Positions 19,253 to 29,315 are shown, counted from the stretch's first letter. The stretch: DNA of 64,000 nt from an uncultured Micavibrio sp. (GCA_964531715.1 CAZHEE010000008.1:1963-65962); one strand, 5' to 3'. A program made the numbers and translations. The notes: generated from the sequence alone by a model not told the origin.

Positions 19253-19612
19253 ATGCCAAAAATTATGACAGATGACGGCTTTCAGGATAAAAAGACGAAT
19301 TTTGAGGCGATAAAACCATCGTCTCAAACCATTGCGGTTGCGGTTAAAGATTATAATGATAGTGGTATCAGCACGCCGCATATCAAGGCCGCGGCACGGG
19401 GGGCTTTAGCGGAGAAAATCCTAAAACTTGCATTTGAGAATGACATTAAAGTCCGGAAGGACAGCGATTTGGCAGAAATGCTTGCCGAGCTGGAGCTTGA
19501 CTCGCCGATACCGACAGAGGCTTTAACAGTGATTGCGGAAATTCTGTCCTATGTTTACCGTGCAAATGGCGAACCCGACCCTTTTAATGCGATTTTAGAT
19601 GATGATAAGTAA
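19253..19612 (+). CDS. FlhB C-terminal-domain-like protein (EscU/YscU/HrcU family small paralogue)
   Basis: The 119-aa sequence ...GALAEKILKLAFENDIKVRKDSDLAEML...PIPTEALTVIAEILSYVY resembles the FlhB cytoplasmic C-terminus. It is divergent from flgB. Confidence 0.7.
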   Translation: MPKIMTDDGFQDKKTNFEAIKPSSQTIAVAVKDYNDSGISTPHIKAAARGALAEKILKLAFENDIKVRKDSDLAEMLAELELDSPIPTEALTVIAEILSYVYRANGEPDPFNAILDDDK

Positions 19613-19628
19613 AAGCAAAAATATAATC

Positions 19629-19741
19629 GTCATTGCACGTTTGCATCGCAATATATGCAATCCAGCATCATCGTATGGATTACACATATTTTCCTAAAGT
19701 CAAAACGTGTAATGACGTGTTTTTAACAGTTGATAGGTTTT
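19629..19741. repeat. Nested palindromic element plus left copy of a ~100-bp direct repeat
   Basis: The outer inverted repeat is gtcattgcacgt (19629) and acgtgtaatgac (ends 19716). Positions 19640-19741 match 20037-20138 with about 5 mismatches. Confidence 0.85.
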
Positions 19742-19768
19742 ATTGCCCTCACTGTCTTTCCCTGTCAT

Positions 19769-19820
19769 CCCCGCCTCTGAGCGGGGATCCGAACAATAGA
19801 CCCCCGCTCGGAGGCGGGGG
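19769..19820. repeat. GC-rich double-palindrome element, copy 2
   Basis: The arms are ccccgcctctgagcgggg and cccccgctcggaggcggggg. The flanks (ctttccc..., ...gggggaacgata) are shared with copy 1 at 10164-10215. Confidence 0.85.
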
Positions 19821-20036
19821 AACGATATTTTTAAACTGTTATTGCAAGGCTTGTACCTGCAACCTGGTAATATTTTAACCGCAGAGTTATAGAGTAAGAG
19901 GAGTTTTTATAAGTTACGTATCTTTAATACCTCGTGTTTAGTCCAAATAACAAAACCACGAATAAACACAAATTCACAAAAAATAATAACATCGTTTAAA
20001 TTCGTGTCTATTCGTGTGCATTTGTGGTGAAAAATC

Positions 20037-20138
20037 TTTGCATCGCAATATATGCAATCCAGCATCATCGTATGGATTACATGTATTTGCCTAAAGTCAA
20101 AACGTGTAATGACGTATTTTTAACAGTTGATAGTTTTT
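20037..20138. repeat. Right copy of the ~100-bp direct repeat (left arm of the palindromic element missing)
   Basis: By manual alignment it is about 95% identical to 19640-19741. Confidence 0.85.
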
Positions 20139-20183
20139 AAATTGCCTTTGTCATGACCGTGAATGTAATGGCATAGTAATGCC

Positions 20184-20459
20184 ATGGATATCGGGCAATA
20201 TTTACAATTAGCAGTCGGGCTTATCATAGTCCTTGGGTTAATGGGATTATTCGCTTTTCTCATGAATTACCTGAACCGCACGCGGGCAGGGCTGGTCGGA
20301 GGTGCGGCGCGCTTAAAAATTGTTGAGTATAAAATGATTGACCCGAAGCATAAGGCCGTGATTTTAAAACGCGATGAGGTTGAACATCTAATTTTACTGT
20401 CCCAAAATGGGCAACCGGCCATTCTTGAAACCAATATTAAGCCAACAAATGATGCATAA
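20184..20459 (+). CDS. fliO: Flagellar biosynthesis protein FliO
   Basis: The 91-aa product has a single N-terminal TM. It lies immediately upstream of fliP and overlaps it. Confidence 0.6.
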   Translation: MDIGQYLQLAVGLIIVLGLMGLFAFLMNYLNRTRAGLVGGAARLKIVEYKMIDPKHKAVILKRDEVEHLILLSQNGQPAILETNIKPTNDA

Positions 20460-21270
20460 AATTTTTGCCAATAAACTCTTATGCAGTTCGATAATCATAT
20501 CGGTTATCAGTTTTACTTTATTATTACTATTCTCAAATAATCTTGCCGCGCAATCTATCACGCTTGACCTCGGCACACCCGAAGGTGGCGTTGATGGCGC
20601 AATAAACAATCAGGAAACCTTAACAGGCCGCGTGGTTCAGCTGTTGGGGCTTCTCACTATTCTTTCTCTTGCGCCATCTATCCTGATTATGATGACAAGC
20701 TTTACACGGATTGTTGTGGTTTTGTCTTTCTTGAGGACAGCAATGGGGGTACAGCAGACACCGCCCAATACGGTGATGATATCGCTCGCATTGTTCCTGA
20801 CATTCTTCATCATGGCACCGACATTTAATGCCGCCTATGAAACAGCGCTCAAGCCTCTACTCAACCAAGAGATTGAGGAAATGGAGGCTTATGAGCGCGG
20901 CATTATTCCGTTCAAAACTTTTATGCTGTCTCATACCCGTCCAAAGGATTTACAGTTGTTCGCAGAAATCAGCGAAACGGAAGAGGTTGAAAACCCGATG
21001 GATTTACCAATGACGGTTGTTATACCGTCTTTTATGATATCGGAATTGCGCCGCGCATTTGAAATCGGGTTTATGTTGTTCCTGCCTTTCCTGATTATCG
21101 ATATGGTGACCGCCTCAATCCTCATGTCGATGGGGATGATGATGCTGCCCCCCATTATGATATCCCTGCCGTTTAAGATTATCTTTTTCGTGCTTGTCGA
21201 CGGATGGTATCTGGTGGCAGGGTCACTGATTAAAAGCTTTGACCAAAGTCTCCCCCTCCCTGAACCGTAA
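20449..21270 (+). CDS. fliP: Flagellar type III export apparatus protein FliP
   Basis: The signature SFTRIVVVLSFLRTAMGVQQTPPN is present. Start MMHKIF (20449) gives a plausible signal peptide, while the ORF-track start at 20407 lies inside fliO. Confidence 0.9.
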   Translation: MMHKIFANKLLCSSIIISVISFTLLLLFSNNLAAQSITLDLGTPEGGVDGAINNQETLTGRVVQLLGLLTILSLAPSILIMMTSFTRIVVVLSFLRTAMGVQQTPPNTVMISLALFLTFFIMAPTFNAAYETALKPLLNQEIEEMEAYERGIIPFKTFMLSHTRPKDLQLFAEISETEEVENPMDLPMTVVIPSFMISELRRAFEIGFMLFLPFLIIDMVTASILMSMGMMMLPPIMISLPFKIIFFVLVDGWYLVAGSLIKSFDQSLPLPEP

Positions 21271-21464
21271 AAAAGAATAATAATCATGAGTAAGATCGAA
21301 CCCGTCAGACCTGCAAATGCCCTGCCTAAAGTTGCTAATACTAAACGACTTGGCGCAGATGGTGAGCTTGAAGAAATTAAGGCAAAATTGGAAGAACAGC
21401 GATGAGCTTGGGCACAACTTTCAAATCCAGAATATCCAGACTGTCTCCCTACACCTCGTAAAAT

Positions 21465-21827
21465 TTAACATGAACGTAAATTCGGTTTCTTTTTATGATC
21501 GGGATTGCGAAAGCGAATAAGTGCCTCTAAAAATTTTTCGGTGCGGCAAACTTGTTTTGAGCCATTAAAAACGCGATAAAAAGGCTTGCCGCCCTGTTTT
21601 GCCGATTTGGCTTTGGAAATTGAATAAATTACGGCTTGCGGAATACCCTGACCGCGCTCTATGACACAAAAAGTTGTCTGTTTCGCCTCGCACGTGATTG
21701 CATAATCGCGCCAGCCTTTATTCAATACACCCTCCGCATAGGTCGAGAGCACCTGCCGCAACTCACCATGCGAAAATATGCTAGGATGGGTTTGACCGAA
21801 AGCGGTTGACGGAAATTTTTCTGTCAT
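21465..21827 (-). CDS. Conserved hypothetical protein (DUF2794-like)
   Basis: The 120-aa pattern ELRQVLSTYAEGVLNKGWRDYAI resembles the alphaproteobacterial DUF2794 family. This is recalled from memory and was not searched. Confidence 0.5.
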   Translation of the reverse strand: MTEKFPSTAFGQTHPSIFSHGELRQVLSTYAEGVLNKGWRDYAITCEAKQTTFCVIERGQGIPQAVIYSISKAKSAKQGGKPFYRVFNGSKQVCRTEKFLEALIRFRNPDHKKKPNLRSC

Positions 21828-21869
21828 TAAACTCTATTTTATCAAATTTTGAGCGGAAAAGCGACCCTT

Positions 21870-22580
21870 ATGGCAAAAAAAACAAAACAACAAACACAGG
21901 ATGAACAAGACGAGCTTGCGGCTCAACTCTTATTAAAAGAAGCGGACGAATCGCTAAGGCAAGATAAGCTTAATGCCTTTTGGGATGAGTGGGGCAGTAC
22001 AATCATATCGGTGGTGGCGATGGTTGTTCTTGGCACTATTCTTGGTGTCGGTTGGCAATCATGGCAGGGTTCCCGTCAGGCGGCAGGGACAAACACTCTC
22101 ATTGCGCTTGAACAAAACCCTGAAGCCGAAATCGCCATAGATGGACATTATGGCGCGGTTGCAGGGCTTATCCGTGCTGGTCAATATGCGGATGCAGGGC
22201 TTGCCGCACAAAATGGGGAGGAAGTCACGCGCCTGTTCCAGCAAGCGGCAGAGGCAAATTTACCGCAAGAATGGGATTTGTTGGCGGAGTGGGGTGCGCT
22301 ACGTATGCGTGCGGATGTTGCGGAAGCTGCCGATGTCAAAATCGGTGTAGCTCGCGATATGGTCGAACTGGCAGAACATTCTGATAATCCCTATCACCCT
22401 GCCATTTTAATGGAGGCGGGTGTCTTATTCGGCGAACATGGCGAGCGAAAACAGGCGTTAATCGCTTTGGAAAACGCCGCGAATAATGAGGCCGCGCAAG
22501 CCACACCTGATTTGTTACAGAAAATAGCGGCTTATCATGCCCTTTACACACGCGAACTGACCGAGGTTTTGAATGACTAA
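21870..22580 (+). CDS. YfgM-like membrane protein (TPR-like, single N-terminal TM)
   Basis: It has a basic N-terminus, one TM (IISVVAMVVLGTILGVGW) and a helical periplasmic part. It sits immediately upstream of bamB, as in yfgM-bamB. ATG 21870 is preferred over TTG 21849. Confidence 0.6.
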   Translation: MAKKTKQQTQDEQDELAAQLLLKEADESLRQDKLNAFWDEWGSTIISVVAMVVLGTILGVGWQSWQGSRQAAGTNTLIALEQNPEAEIAIDGHYGAVAGLIRAGQYADAGLAAQNGEEVTRLFQQAAEANLPQEWDLLAEWGALRMRADVAEAADVKIGVARDMVELAEHSDNPYHPAILMEAGVLFGEHGERKQALIALENAANNEAAQATPDLLQKIAAYHALYTRELTEVLND

Positions 22581-23970
22581 ATTATTTTTCCGTTTCGTTT
22601 CAATTATCGGGCTGTGCAGTTTGCTGTCGGCCTGCAGTTATTTAGGCTTTGGCGATAAAAACGAGTCCGTTTTGGAAGGGGAGCGGCTATCTCTCTATGA
22701 TTTTGAACGGTCGTTGCAGGATAACACGCAAACGCGTTTCGGTATGGATGGGCGCGAAAATGAAACCGGGGCTTTACTCCCTGCCGGCTTGAAAGGTGGT
22801 AAAGATACGGAAATCAGCATCGTTGCACCATGGGAAAATCGCTTCTGGCCTCAGGCCGGAGGTTATGCCAATCATGCCATGAAACATGTCGCCTTCACGC
22901 AAGATAAGCCGTCACGCCAATGGTCATTCAATGCGGGGCGTGGCGGAAATAAACGCTTGCCATTGACTGCGCCGCCCATAATGGCGGACGGACATGTTTT
23001 TGTGCTGAATAACAAGGCCGAAGTCATTGCAATAAATGCCGAGAGCGGGCGTGAGTCCTGGACAACATCTATCTTGAAACAAGGCGAGGATGAAGTTGTC
23101 ATTGGCGGCGGTGTTGCCTTTTCGGGCGGCAGAATTTTTGCCACAAACGGGTTTAATGAAGTGGTTGCACTGAATGCGCAAACGGGCAAGATTTTATGGC
23201 GTTCCGACACGGTCGCCCCGGTTCGCGCCGCGCCTGCCGCGCTCCCTGACCGTGTGTTTGTGACAACGATGACTAACCGTACGATTGCCTTTGATGCGGC
23301 AAGCGGTACACAATTATGGGATCATCGCGGATTATCGGGCGAGACAAAACTGCTTGGCGCGGCAACCCCTGCACTGACCCGCGATGCGGTCATTGCGGCT
23401 TATAGCTCTGGTGAGATTTTTGCCCTACAAATAGATACAGGCGCACCGTTATGGAGTGAAAATCTATCGCCCCTCGCCCGCGTGGCAGGCGCCGCCGACA
23501 TCTCGGATATCAAGGCATTGCCGGTGGTGGACGGGCAGGTGGTCTATACCGCCTCAACCTCAAACCGTTTCAGTGCAATAGATTTAAGATCCGGGCGGCA
23601 AATCTGGCAAGTGCCGCTTGGCACTCAATCAACGCCATGGGTTTCGGGCAATCGCATTTTTGTGGTTGAATCGCAGGGCACACTTGTTTCTCTTAACCGT
23701 TTGAATGGTGAGATGATTTGGCAGGAAATTCTGCCGAAACATGAAAATGCCCGAAAACGTGATAATCCGATCACATGGAAAGGCCCGTATTTGGCAGGAA
23801 ACCGTTTGATGATAATTGGGTCAAACGGGGCTGTGCGCGATTACAATCCGATTGACGGGTCGCTCATTCGTGAATGGAGTATTGGGCGTGATATCCTCCT
23901 GCCCGCGGCATTTGCGAATAACGCAATGTATCTCTATTCCGATAATGTAACCGTGAGCGCTTATCGGTAA
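22573..23970 (+). CDS. bamB: Outer membrane protein assembly factor BamB
   Basis: The lipobox LLSACS and repeated PQQ-like beta-propeller blades (G..lW) are present. It overlaps the upstream gene by 8 nt. Confidence 0.85.
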   Translation: MTKLFFRFVSIIGLCSLLSACSYLGFGDKNESVLEGERLSLYDFERSLQDNTQTRFGMDGRENETGALLPAGLKGGKDTEISIVAPWENRFWPQAGGYANHAMKHVAFTQDKPSRQWSFNAGRGGNKRLPLTAPPIMADGHVFVLNNKAEVIAINAESGRESWTTSILKQGEDEVVIGGGVAFSGGRIFATNGFNEVVALNAQTGKILWRSDTVAPVRAAPAALPDRVFVTTMTNRTIAFDAASGTQLWDHRGLSGETKLLGAATPALTRDAVIAAYSSGEIFALQIDTGAPLWSENLSPLARVAGAADISDIKALPVVDGQVVYTASTSNRFSAIDLRSGRQIWQVPLGTQSTPWVSGNRIFVVESQGTLVSLNRLNGEMIWQEILPKHENARKRDNPITWKGPYLAGNRLMIIGSNGAVRDYNPIDGSLIREWSIGRDILLPAAFANNAMYLYSDNVTVSAYR

Positions 23971-24063
23971 GGGATCATAATAAAATAAGATATATTCCGC
24001 CTTGCGAAAGCCATAGTCTCAGCGCATAAAGGAACTATCTTTATTCAATCTTATTAGACTGTT

Positions 24064-27033
24064 ATGACCAAAATATTCTTATCTATTCTCTCTGTTCTTA
24101 TCCTGATTATCGGCGCGATGCTTGTCATTCCGTCATTTGTTGATTGGGGGCAATATCGCGAGCAAATTAAAACCCGCGTGGCAGAGGCCACTGGCTATCA
24201 AATAACGATTAATGATGAGCTGAATGCGGCTTTTTTACCTTATCCGCATATAACACTTGGCGCGGTAGAGATTGACGGCTCAAACGCCGAAGGGCCTTAT
24301 ACTGTGAATGGTCAGGTTGAAAGGCTTTCTATTGCGGTGGCTCTCATGCCGCTTCTCTCAAAAGAAATTGTAATAAGTGATATTTCATTGATTAAACCTG
24401 TATTGACGGTGCAGGAAAATGCAGTTGAGGAAACAGCGCAAACGACAGAAGACAACGCAAGGGCGAATACCGCGACCACAGCCTTACAAATTGATCAATT
24501 TTATATTGAGGATGGAGCGATCACCTATCAGCCTTTGAATGGCGAGGCGATGGCCTTGGCAATTCCAAGCCTGACTTTACAAGCCGACAGTTTGTCAGGA
24601 CCGTTTAATTTTGAAAGTGAACTGATTTATCAGGATTTGCCTGTTGCAGTTAACGGCTCTATCGGTGCGCTCAATCAGACTGAGCCAACGCAAGTGAATG
24701 TTGCAATTTTGCTTGATGAGGCTGAACTTAACTATAATGGCCTGATTGATATGAGTGGTGAAACCTTAAGTTATCAAGGTGAAGTGACTGCCAATGCCAG
24801 CAAGCTCTCCCCTCTTTATCAGCGTTTGAACGGCGAAGCTCTACCTTTTCCAGATTCAGCAATGCGTTTTTCTGGTTTGGTTGAAGGGTCACAAGGTGAC
24901 GTTAAACTGACAAACGGTAATTTTACCTATGCCGATATGAAGGCAGGCCTTTCCGCGGCTGTTCAAGGGCTGGATGCAGATACGAAAAATATCACTGCCG
25001 CGTTGGATTTTAGTACGCCTGTCAATCTCGACAAATTTATTCAGTCTGATGGCACACAAAATAATCAATCTTCAACAGATGGCGGCGCAAAAAACTATCG
25101 TTTTATGCCTGAAACTTTATCCATTCCGGCGGGCATGAATGCCGACATCACACTCAACGCGCCGAGCATTATGTATCAAGGGCGGGCAATGGAAGGTGTT
25201 AGCCTTGAGGTCAAAAAGGCCGCAACATCTATCAATGGCTCTTTTGCATTGAACAGCCTGCCCGGTGGCGGTTCGACAAATATGGATTTTTCTCTAAATC
25301 CAACATCAACCTCACGCGATAATGCCGCAGATGCCATTATTTTCGCCGACCCTGCCTTACAGATAAGCGGAAATTTCGCGGTTCAGTCCTTAAAAACAAT
25401 TGCCGTTGATTGGCTCAAACTTGTTGAGGCAGATACGTTTGATAACCCTCAAATGCCTCAATCGGCAAGCGGTCAAATTACCGCCAAAATTCAAGGCAAC
25501 CGCGCAATGCTCAACGCGCCTCAGCTTTCTATTGAGCCTTATGATATGAGCGGGGTTAAACTGGCCTATATTAATCAGGCAACGCCCGTTATTGATTTAA
25601 ATATTCAAAATTTTGAAGGAGCAACAGTCGGTTTGAAAGGCACGCTCGATGCAACCCAAGGGGTAACGGCTTCGCTTTCTCACCCGAATGCCGCCCGCTT
25701 TATTCAAGTGTTTCAACCCGATTTTGAGGCTTCTCCCATTACAAATAGTGCTCTTCAATTTCAAGGGCTGGTGTTACAGGATGGGGATATTCTTTCAATC
25801 AATAATATGAATGCGACTATCGGCTCAATCACTGCAAATGGTACTGCGCGATTAAATAATGGCGGTGCCATTCCTGCCATAGCGGCGGATTTGACTTTCG
25901 GTAACTTGGATACGCAGGTATTATTGACAGGAAAAGCATCCACCGCCAGTACAAATAGCACGCGGGCATCATCGTCAGGCCAATCACCTTGGAGCCGTGA
26001 CGCGATTGACACATCCTTCATGCGTTCAATCAATCTGGATTTAAATGCAAAGGCGAACCGGCTTATTCACGGGAACTGGCTCATCTCAAACCCTACGATT
26101 GATATAGATTTAAATGGCGGTGTGCTGGATATTAATGCGATTCAGGGGGGATTATTTGGCGGTCAAGTCAACCTCTCAGGGAAAGCCGAAGCGCGCGAGG
26201 CAGGTCGTCCGCTTTCTGTCAATGCTTCAATCAATGCTAATCAGGTTGATTTAAATCGTATGGTTCAGGCGGCGCTATCTCAAAATAAAAAACATATTGA
26301 TGGTACAGGAAGCTTTACCATGGATATCAGCGCGAGTGGAATTTCAAGCTCGGCTCTTATCTATGCACTTAATGGTGATGGGCGTATTGAAACAGGCGAT
26401 CTCACTATTTATGGTCTTGACCTCAACCGCGTGGCAGAGGCGATCGCGGATGAAAGCCTGACTGATTTGGGTCGTGTAATTCAGGGGGCTTTTAACAATG
26501 GGCAAACCGCGTTTCAACCTGTCAATCATCCTTTGACAATTCGCGAAGGGACAATGCCCGTCAATAATTTTGAGCTGATTTCCGCACCTGCAACCCTAAG
26601 CGCGAATGGCGAGGTCAGCTTTTCACGGTGGATGATGGATATCACCAATACAGTTGATTTCACGCTTGATGAGGGCTTACCATCTGTCAGCATGACAATT
26701 AAGGGGCCGCTCGATGCACCGAAACAAAATGTGGCGAGTGATGTTTTAAGGTCATTTATCGTGAATAAATATGGCGCGAAGGTTCAAAATAAGGTTCAGG
26801 AATTTATCGGGAAAGAGCTTGGCGAGGACAGCCCTGCAACAGGGATTATTAATAATTTGCTTGGCTTACCGCAACAACAAAAGCAAGCGCCGGCTCAAGC
26901 TCCTGCACCTGTGAATGATAATGAAGTTGAGCAAACGCAAGAGGTTCAGGAAGTTGAACAAACCCCTGCGCCTCAACCTGAACAATCACCGGAAGAACAA
27001 ATCATCCGCGGGATTTTTGATCAAATTCGGTAA
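24064..27033 (+). CDS. AsmA family protein
   Basis: The 989-aa product has the N-terminal anchor ILIIGAMLVIPSFVDWGQYREQIKTRV, a long beta-rich body, and a Q/P/E-rich tail. Confidence 0.8.
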   Translation: MTKIFLSILSVLILIIGAMLVIPSFVDWGQYREQIKTRVAEATGYQITINDELNAAFLPYPHITLGAVEIDGSNAEGPYTVNGQVERLSIAVALMPLLSKEIVISDISLIKPVLTVQENAVEETAQTTEDNARANTATTALQIDQFYIEDGAITYQPLNGEAMALAIPSLTLQADSLSGPFNFESELIYQDLPVAVNGSIGALNQTEPTQVNVAILLDEAELNYNGLIDMSGETLSYQGEVTANASKLSPLYQRLNGEALPFPDSAMRFSGLVEGSQGDVKLTNGNFTYADMKAGLSAAVQGLDADTKNITAALDFSTPVNLDKFIQSDGTQNNQSSTDGGAKNYRFMPETLSIPAGMNADITLNAPSIMYQGRAMEGVSLEVKKAATSINGSFALNSLPGGGSTNMDFSLNPTSTSRDNAADAIIFADPALQISGNFAVQSLKTIAVDWLKLVEADTFDNPQMPQSASGQITAKIQGNRAMLNAPQLSIEPYDMSGVKLAYINQATPVIDLNIQNFEGATVGLKGTLDATQGVTASLSHPNAARFIQVFQPDFEASPITNSALQFQGLVLQDGDILSINNMNATIGSITANGTARLNNGGAIPAIAADLTFGNLDTQVLLTGKASTASTNSTRASSSGQSPWSRDAIDTSFMRSINLDLNAKANRLIHGNWLISNPTIDIDLNGGVLDINAIQGGLFGGQVNLSGKAEAREAGRPLSVNASINANQVDLNRMVQAALSQNKKHIDGTGSFTMDISASGISSSALIYALNGDGRIETGDLTIYGLDLNRVAEAIADESLTDLGRVIQGAFNNGQTAFQPVNHPLTIREGTMPVNNFELISAPATLSANGEVSFSRWMMDITNTVDFTLDEGLPSVSMTIKGPLDAPKQNVASDVLRSFIVNKYGAKVQNKVQEFIGKELGEDSPATGIINNLLGLPQQQKQAPAQAPAPVNDNEVEQTQEVQEVEQTPAPQPEQSPEEQIIRGIFDQIR

Positions 27034-27050
27034 ATGTTATAACGCCCTTA

Positions 27051-27130
27051 TCATATCGACCAAGCAAAGCGTGGAGAGATCTGGTAATTTATCAGATCCC
27101 TCGGTTTCGTTTTACTTTACTCGGGATGAC
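27051..27130. repeat. Degenerate palindromic element related to 17937-18002
   Basis: The right half cagatccctcggtttcgttttactttactcgggatgac aligns to gagatccttcgtcgttttactcctcaggatgac. Confidence 0.5.
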
Positions 27131-27255
27131 ACCATACAACAAACCATCCATATCAAAACTTATAGATTGCATGAAACGATACACATACACTCTAACCATA
27201 TCTTAAATAATTTTATCTATAATGATATAAAGTTTAATCAGTAAAGAGTTCACAA

Positions 27256-29049
27256 ATGCCTCAATTTACCGCACCCCTTGATGATATCCGATTTGTCCTC
27301 CATGAATTGCTGAATGCCGAGTCATTAAGCAATTTACCCGGTTATGAGGATGCCACGCGCGACCTGATTGACCCGGTCCTCGATGAGGGCGCAAAGATTT
27401 GTCAGGATGTGCTTTTCCCCCTTAATCAAAGCGGCGATGCCGAAGGCTGCCATTTTGACAATGGCGTTGTCACAACACCCAAGGGGTTTAAGGAGGCCTA
27501 TCAAACATTCACCCAGAGCGGATGGTGCGGCGTATCCGCAAGCCCCGAATTTGGGGGCATGGGCCTGCCTATGTTGGTTAATACGGTGATGCAGGAAATG
27601 ATTTGCGCGGCAAATTTTTCTTTCGGTATGTATCCGGGCCTTTCCCAAGGCGCGTATGAAGCCATCGAGCATTTCGGAACGGACACCCAAAAATCGCTCT
27701 ATCTGCCTAAGCTTGCCGAAGGTGTCTGGTCAGGCACGATGAATTTGACGGAGCCGCATTGCGGAACCGATCTCGGCCTGATTAAAACCAAGGCAGATGA
27801 TAATGGCGATGGTACATATTCCATCACAGGGACAAAGATTTTTATTTCGGCGGGTGAGCATGATTTGACAGAGAATATTATACACCTTGTCCTCGCGCGA
27901 TTGCCCGATGGACCCGAAGGTGTAAAGGGGATTTCCCTGTTCGTTGTCCCAAAATTCAAGGCAAATGAGGATGGCTCAATCGACAGCCGCAATGAAGGTG
28001 TCACATGCGGTTCTATCGAACATAAAATGGGCATTCATGCGAATTCGACATGCGTTATGAATTATGATGGCGCATGGGGGGAGCTGGTGGGCGAGCCACA
28101 TAAGGGCTTGAAAGCCATGTTTACCATGATGAATGCCGCACGATTGGGCGTTGCGATGCAGGGGCTTGGCATTGCCGAGGTGGCCTATCAAAACGCGCTG
28201 GCTTATGCCAAAGACCGTTTGCAAATGCGCGCGCTGACAGGCACAAAGGAGCCTGATAAGCCTGCCGATCCGATTATTGTCCATCCCGACGTGCGCAAAA
28301 TGCTTTTGACAGGGAAGGCCTTTACCGAAGGCGCGCGCGCTCTTTCCTACTGGGCTGCAAAAAACCTTGATATATCACAGAAACATGAGGACGCAGCCGA
28401 ACGTCAAAGGGCGGATGATCTGGTCGCGCTTTTGACCCCGATTTTGAAGGCTTATTTGACCGATATGGGCAGTATGGTCAGCAACCTCGCGGTGCAGGTT
28501 TTCGGCGGTCACGGCTATATTCAGGAATATGGGGTTGAGCAATATGTTCGCGATGCACGTATTGCCGAGATTTATGAAGGTACAAACGGAATTCAGGCGC
28601 TCGACCTTGTCGGGCGGAAAATGGGGCAGGGCTATGGTCGCTTGCTCCGCCGTTTTTTCCATCCTGTCCAAGATTATATTGAAACGCAAAGTGCAAACCA
28701 CGATATGGCGTCCTATATCATGCCGCTGGCCAAGGCTTTTATGAAGCTGCAACAATCAACGGCGATGACGGCACAAAAAGGATTGAAAAATCCTGATGAG
28801 GCAGGCGCGGCCTCGACCGATTATCTGCGGCAATTTGCACTTGTTGCCATGGGTTATATGTGGGCGCAAATGGCGGAGGTTTCATTGAAGGCTTTAGAGG
28901 GTGAGCCTGACAATAAAGATTTTTATGAGGCGAAGCTTCAAACAGCGGCATTCTTCTTTGCGAAAATGCTCCCTGAGGCGGATTGGCGGTTTAAATCCAT
29001 TATGGCCGGCGCTCAACCCATCATGGCGATGAAAGTAGAGGGGTTTTAG
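27256..29049 (+). CDS. Long-form acyl-CoA dehydrogenase
   Basis: The 597-aa product has an ACAD fold with IYEGTNGIQALDLVGRK and an extra C-terminal helical domain. Confidence 0.9.
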   Translation: MPQFTAPLDDIRFVLHELLNAESLSNLPGYEDATRDLIDPVLDEGAKICQDVLFPLNQSGDAEGCHFDNGVVTTPKGFKEAYQTFTQSGWCGVSASPEFGGMGLPMLVNTVMQEMICAANFSFGMYPGLSQGAYEAIEHFGTDTQKSLYLPKLAEGVWSGTMNLTEPHCGTDLGLIKTKADDNGDGTYSITGTKIFISAGEHDLTENIIHLVLARLPDGPEGVKGISLFVVPKFKANEDGSIDSRNEGVTCGSIEHKMGIHANSTCVMNYDGAWGELVGEPHKGLKAMFTMMNAARLGVAMQGLGIAEVAYQNALAYAKDRLQMRALTGTKEPDKPADPIIVHPDVRKMLLTGKAFTEGARALSYWAAKNLDISQKHEDAAERQRADDLVALLTPILKAYLTDMGSMVSNLAVQVFGGHGYIQEYGVEQYVRDARIAEIYEGTNGIQALDLVGRKMGQGYGRLLRRFFHPVQDYIETQSANHDMASYIMPLAKAFMKLQQSTAMTAQKGLKNPDEAGAASTDYLRQFALVAMGYMWAQMAEVSLKALEGEPDNKDFYEAKLQTAAFFFAKMLPEADWRFKSIMAGAQPIMAMKVEGF

Positions 29050-29098
29050 TGTTCCACCACTAAGAACACAAAGTTTACTAAGTTATCTTTATAAAATT

Positions 29099-29187
29099 GT
29101 CATTGCGAGAAACGTAGTGACGAAGCAATCTATACGATCTTAAAAATTGTGTGAATTGCCGCGGTCGCGCTGCTTCCTCGCAATGAC
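29099..29187. repeat. Palindromic repeat element (gtcattgcgag ... ctcgcaatgac)
   Basis: Terminal 11-bp inverted repeats are seen directly. The internal gaagcaatc motif is shared with the rsmB-embedded copy. Confidence 0.8.
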
Positions 29188-29315
29188 GCTTTTTATCTAG
29201 AAATGACTATAGTTACAGAATTTAGACTTAAACCTCAGCGGGAGTAACTATATTGAGTAATTATAAGGACTCACGAATAATGATGTTATTCTCAAATAAG
29301 TAAAAGGTCTAATTA

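Noticed and set aside
19633-19878. 81-aa ORF in the repeat island (track ORF containing PPLSGDPNNRPPLGGGG)
   Set aside because: Its sequence is simply the translation of the palindromic and GC-rich repeat elements. It has no start context or conservation logic.
19640-20138. Two ~100-bp direct repeats that might suggest a CRISPR-like or tandem array
   Set aside because: There are only two copies. The units are far longer than CRISPR repeats, and the 'spacer' is about 300 bp and is itself made of other repeat families. No cas genes are present in the window.
21286-21405. 39-codon ORF (MSKIEPVRPANALPKVANTKRLGADGELEEIKAKLEEQR) just after fliP
   Set aside because: It is too short and featureless to support. 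Its position after fliP made me consider a small flagellar regulator, but I cannot tie it to any family.
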